From Haliotis cracherodii (taxonomy: Eukaryota), in contig NW_027266308.1 of NCBI RefSeq assembly GCF_022045235.1, forward strand, positions 63,240,001 through 63,304,000: 64,000 nt of DNA. Reading direction: 5' to 3'. Shown here piece by piece: positions 59,589-64,000 of the stretch; position 1 is the first letter of the stretch; each line of letters begins with the position of its first letter. The notes beneath the pieces are model-generated. The model saw only the letters and a program-made list of their open reading frames with translations. It was not told the DNA's origin and ran no database searches. The position numbers and the translations under genes are program-made.

Positions 59589-60065
59589 ATCTTCCAGAGG
59601 CAAGGGAGTTAACTGACTATAAAAGTCCAGTTTTCACCTCGCCGAACTAGGCTGGAATTTTGGCTTTATATTTTGGCTGGACTAAAGATACAAAATCTTG
59701 GTAGTAACAAAATCAACATCCCATTAGAAAGCTGCAGTGCAGATATCGGTCGATTGCAGGATTTGCAAAGCATCAAGAGCGACGGCGTCTACAGATATTT
59801 TCCAAATCTTTTCATGTTTTTGATGAAGGTACTCACTCACCTGACTTGATGCACTTTGCGAATGGAGAGAAGATCAGATTGTTTTAAGCAAATGGAAGTT
59901 ATATGAGAGGTGGAATCTGATGGGGTAATAGGAGGGTCATACAAGGGACATAACTCGTAATTGCCACTGGTGGCGCTACGATCGAGCACATTAATTCCAG
60001 CCAAGTTCGGCAAGGGTGGAAACTGGACTTTTATAGTCAGTTAACTCTCTTGCCTAAAGAAGATG
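59589..60065. mobile_element. MITE, same family as 27988-28290, opposite orientation
   Basis: Same TIRs; internal gccactggtggcgctac is reverse-complemented relative to ~28077-28093. Confidence 0.82.
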
Positions 60066-60185
60066 AACAATTTATAACGAAACTTGTTATATGTTTTTTA
60101 GACAATATACATGAAAAAATATTGCAATAGGTATTGTTTGAAAAGCTGATATCAGTATGGTCCTGCTGGTTTCAGTGATGGACAT

Positions 60186-60568
60186 GAGGGCTGAGACGCG
60201 TAACTCGGGGTACCCGGCCCTGAGTAGGACCCGGGTACCCACAGGACTACCCAGACTCGTGGTTAGTCATGTCATATATTGTCTAATGACAAAAATGATC
60301 TGGAACTCTATGGTTACACTACAAGTCATTAATGTTCGCGTTCGATTTTTCATATGGTTGAATAAAGATATAACTTAAGTCAACTTCATTGTTTGCATGA
60401 CCAGTTTGTTTAATACATGTTTCTAAATACGTTTTGCCAGGGCTTTGCTAAAAGAGTTCCCAATCGGACATTTTGAGACATCTCCTGAGACCTAGAGTGG
60501 GTACCCAGGTAGGGTCGGGTAATAGGGGGCGGGTACCCAGGTAGTAAATTTGGACTCGTCCCAGCCCT
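60186..60568. mobile_element. hAT-like MITE with gggtaccc subterminal repeats
   Basis: agggctgagacgcgt / actcgtcccagccct ends. Confidence 0.78.
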
Positions 60569-61101
60569 AATGGACGCAACAATTCTAAACATGATAACAA
60601 TATAAAGTGTGACACCTGCAATGAGTGTGTTTATGAATACTGGTCAGCACTAGTACAGCCGACACACAACATCACGAGAATTGCACATGGGACACCACCA
60701 ACAGCACTGATGAGCTGACCGAGATAATATGTAGGTATGGACTGCTTGAAATATGACATTAATATATAATTCACAGAGACAAGGGGTGCAGTATAAAAAA
60801 TTTACAAAGTTCAAACTGACCTGCTCTTGAAATGTCATGAAATATAGATTGGAGATACTTGTCATTGTCCCACTTGAAACTAGACATCAAGTACTTAATC
60901 AGATCCTGGGGCGCAGTTAAAGGCGCTAAAATTTGTTTAGCAGACGTTTGACCCAAATTTGTGCCTGAAATCCCGGTTAAATAGGTTAAAATCCTGATTC
61001 GCCCTGATTGTATTTCTGGGTTCATTAGCAACATTGGTCCATGGGTTTCACCAAAGTTGTTAACACCCCAGACTTGCATCATTTCACTTTCTATCATCCA
61101 A

Positions 61102-61378
61102 GGGGCACGGGTGTGGCCCAGTCGACTAAGGCGCCACGATTCACTGTGCAGAGTTATGTCCCTTAGGCACACCAGAAACCTATGATTGTGGGTTTGAATC
61201 CCGGTTCGCCCCGATTATGTTTCTAGGTTTGTCAGCACCATACCCGTGCTCGTGGGTTTCACAAAAGTGGTTAATGTCTGAGACCTGCATCGCCTTGGGC
61301 TTTCCTCCCACATTAAGCTGACATGCCGTGATATGACTGGAATACTGTTAAAAGCGGCGTTAAACCCAACTCACTCAT
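61102..61378 (+). mobile_element. SINE family B copy, preceded by an older degenerate B fragment at ~60920-61090
   Basis: Full-length match. Confidence 0.88.
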
Positions 61379-61582
61379 TAACTCCCATACTCTAACATCA
61401 GGCTGACACATGGTGATATAACTGAAATTCTACATGTTCAAAGTGAGTTTAACCAAAGTCACCACTGGACCAAACATATTGATTAAATATTGATTTGAAA
61501 ATCCCTTGATTGTCTGATCCAGGTTTGAATATTTACATGCCTCTGTCTTGTAGCTGGAATATTGCTAAAAAAACACAAATGA

Positions 61583-62073
61583 CAGAGCTCCAGATAAGCT
61601 TTTGGTGTTATGGGTATTTTACCCATGCATTTTAAAATCATTGGGTATCAGTAATTCTATCTGGGTATTCAAATTTCTGTTACCCACAAGTTTTTACACA
61701 TGTGGGTATTTAAGTTAAATATTTAAAAACACTTGCAACTGGTGTCGTGTGGGTTTGAGAGCTTTATAGGCCTCAAAAATACCACGATACTTCCACAAGA
61801 AAGTGGGATGGCAAATGATCATGATGTAACTGTCATCGTGGAGTTTGGCAAGGTTGACGGAATGCCCGTTTATAATTTCAAAATAAGTTGCTGATTTGCT
61901 AATCGAATACTCAGGGTTACTTCACAATATTTTGATGATACGCACAAGTTTTATTTTTGTAGCGCAACTGTAATGTTCATTGAGTATGTGATACGCTTGG
62001 ATTCTATTTTACTGCATATTTCTGCATTTCTGATGCGTATTTTACGCAGATACGCAGCTTATCTAGAGCTCAG
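61583..62073. mobile_element. hAT-like MITE
   Basis: TIR cagagctccagataagct / agcttatctagagctcag. Confidence 0.78.
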
Positions 62074-62809
62074 AAATGAACAAACAAACAAATGACTATG
62101 TTGTTGAAATAACGTAATATTTTCCCTAAAACTGTTGAGGAAATGTTTTTGACCTCATGTTGAGGGGGTAGATTTATATCTAGATAAGATACTGTGTACA
62201 TCCTGGAACACGTTTACACCAGCCATCATTCAGCCAAGCGGGAGGGTTATGATTGGCCGGACAGTCACGGAACTATCAAGTTCAGATCCGGAATAACAAT
62301 TAAATTAAAAGTCCATTGATACTTATTTGTGACACATGGCTTTACACACACGGGCGGCCATGAGACTTACCAAGTCCCGTGTACAACCAGCACAAGGCTT
62401 GGTGTAGTGTTACACACACAGATGTCCTTATTACTGATGGCTATCTTTCCTGTTGACATAATACCTGAAACCTGGGTCTGTGGTTCCTTGTGTGAGCTGT
62501 TCCCTGGCTTTGTAAAGCCTTCCTGTAGATCTTGTGTTGGGAGGTTTTCACCACAATGAGAGTTGCCTTTTCATGAGAGATAGAGCTGTTTTGGGAATAG
62601 GATAACATTGTTTCACATGAACGCGTTCTTTTGTCTACGAGGGCAGTTTGAACGTTTTTGAGGTACGTTGTTTGATTCATATGTTATCTCATTTGTCATC
62701 ATGGCTTCAGTGAGGCGATGGGTGCAGTTTATGTTTCATTCACATTGTGATTTAACCCCCAGGGGTTTTCAGGACAATCCCTGTGCATCATCATACTCAC
62801 TGTTGATTG

Positions 62810-62981
62810 AGGCGGTGGGTACAAGTGGTTAAGCGTTCACTTGTCATGCCGAAGACCTGGGTTCAGTTCCCCACATGGGTACAATGTGTTAGCCTATTTC
62901 TGGTGTGCCCCACCTTGATATTGTTTGAATATTGGTAAAAGTGGCATAAAACCACACTCACTCACTCACTCACTCACTCAC
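62810..62981 (+). mobile_element. SINE family A copy
   Basis: Diverged match with (ACTC)n tail. Confidence 0.85.
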
Positions 62982-63554
62982 TTCAACATGTGCTAAGGTT
63001 CTCCCTCAAGTCAGAGCTGTGTTTGGTCAGCCTTTTCCCCAGGCTGAGCATCCCTAAAATTTCTCAATACCATTATGGGATTCGTACCATGGACCATGGA
63101 TCTGAAGTCGGATGCCTTGTCCACATGACCAGAGAGGTTAACCCCATCACCAAGCCGGTATGGATGTCGTCTGTGGGATTTTTTATGACTCCGCTCCCTG
63201 GGGTGATTGTGATGCAACATGTATTTCAATGCGAGTTACAACGTGCACACAATGCACCAAAGTATATTAGAGGCCGAGTTTGTTTAGTGGCAGGTGATTT
63301 TTTAGACAAACTGTTCAAAGTGGTGTAAAGTTACAATACTGCGATTGTGTTCAACTTGTGTAGGCCCTCCTTGTGGAGCTCACGAGAAGTGGGTTTGTCA
63401 GCCACCATGTAGAGTTGTTTGGGGAATACAAAGCACTAACACATGACAAGCTTACCCAAATATTTATTTTCAAACATGCCATGCTTGTATGTACATGTAC
63501 ATATTTGGATTTCCTGGTCAGCGTGTGTCTGTATGTCTGGTATTACAGCGATGT

Positions 63555-64000
63555 CCAGTTCCTTGAAAGTATGTGACATCTTATGTCATGCTATAATAGA
63601 CAATATGCATGTCCTTGAAAGTATGTGACATCTTATCTCATGGTAAAATGACAATATGCATATCCTTGAAAGTATGTGACATCTTATGTCATGGTATAAT
63701 GGATAATATGCATGTCCTTGAAAGTATGTGACTATAATAGACAATATACATGTCCTTGAAAGTATGTGACTATAATAGACAATATGCATGTCCTTGAAAG
63801 TATATGACTATAATAGACAATATACATGTCCTTGAAAGTATGTGACTATAATAGACAATATGCATGTCCTTGAAAGTATATGACTATAATAGACAATATA
63901 CATGTCCTTGAAAGTATGTGACTATAATAGACAATATGCATGTCCTTGAAAGCATGTGACTATAATAGACAATATGCATATCCTTTAAAGTATGTGACAT
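63555..64000. repeat. 38-bp minisatellite (first units ~51 bp), continues past the window end
   Basis: Unit tccttgaaagtatgtgactataatagacaatatgcatg. Confidence 0.95.

Noticed and set aside
62990-63328. 112-aa ORF near the right end
   Set aside because: No recognisable homology or convincing exon boundaries; cannot be assigned to the putative plus-strand gene.

Overview
Intron-rich animal genomic DNA, not prokaryotic. The SINE content suggests a gastropod mollusc, probably abalone (Haliotis); this is an inference. Three complete genes can be reconstructed exon by exon with consistent GT-AG phases. POLR1C/RPAC1 is on the - strand (11 coding exons, 346 aa). AP2S1 is on the + strand (4 coding exons, 142 aa) and sits head-to-head with POLR1C, with 160 bp between the ATGs. 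An ARHGAP11A-like RhoGAP is on the - strand (9 coding exons, 1311 aa), tail-to-tail with AP2S1. Two further genes are only suggested by promoter motifs and 5' exons: one on - from ~2300 leaving the window to the left, one on + from ~42.4 kb. The rest is four short retroelement families (three share a 3' tail), many MITEs (some nested), a mariner fossil and several minisatellites. The most unusual observations are: (i) an 8-copy tandem array built from a POLR1C exon end plus its splice donor; (ii) a tRNA-less short retroelement whose 5' end folds into a multi-way junction with a kissing-loop pseudoknot (candidate structured or self-cleaving RNA); (iii) fold-back MITEs in the putative AP2S1 3' UTR; (iv) a SINE tail that appears to supply a POLR1C branch point; (v) a CHR/CCAAT promoter plus D-box cell-cycle signature on ARHGAP11A. 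Most ORFs in the supplied track are repeat-derived or antisense artefacts.
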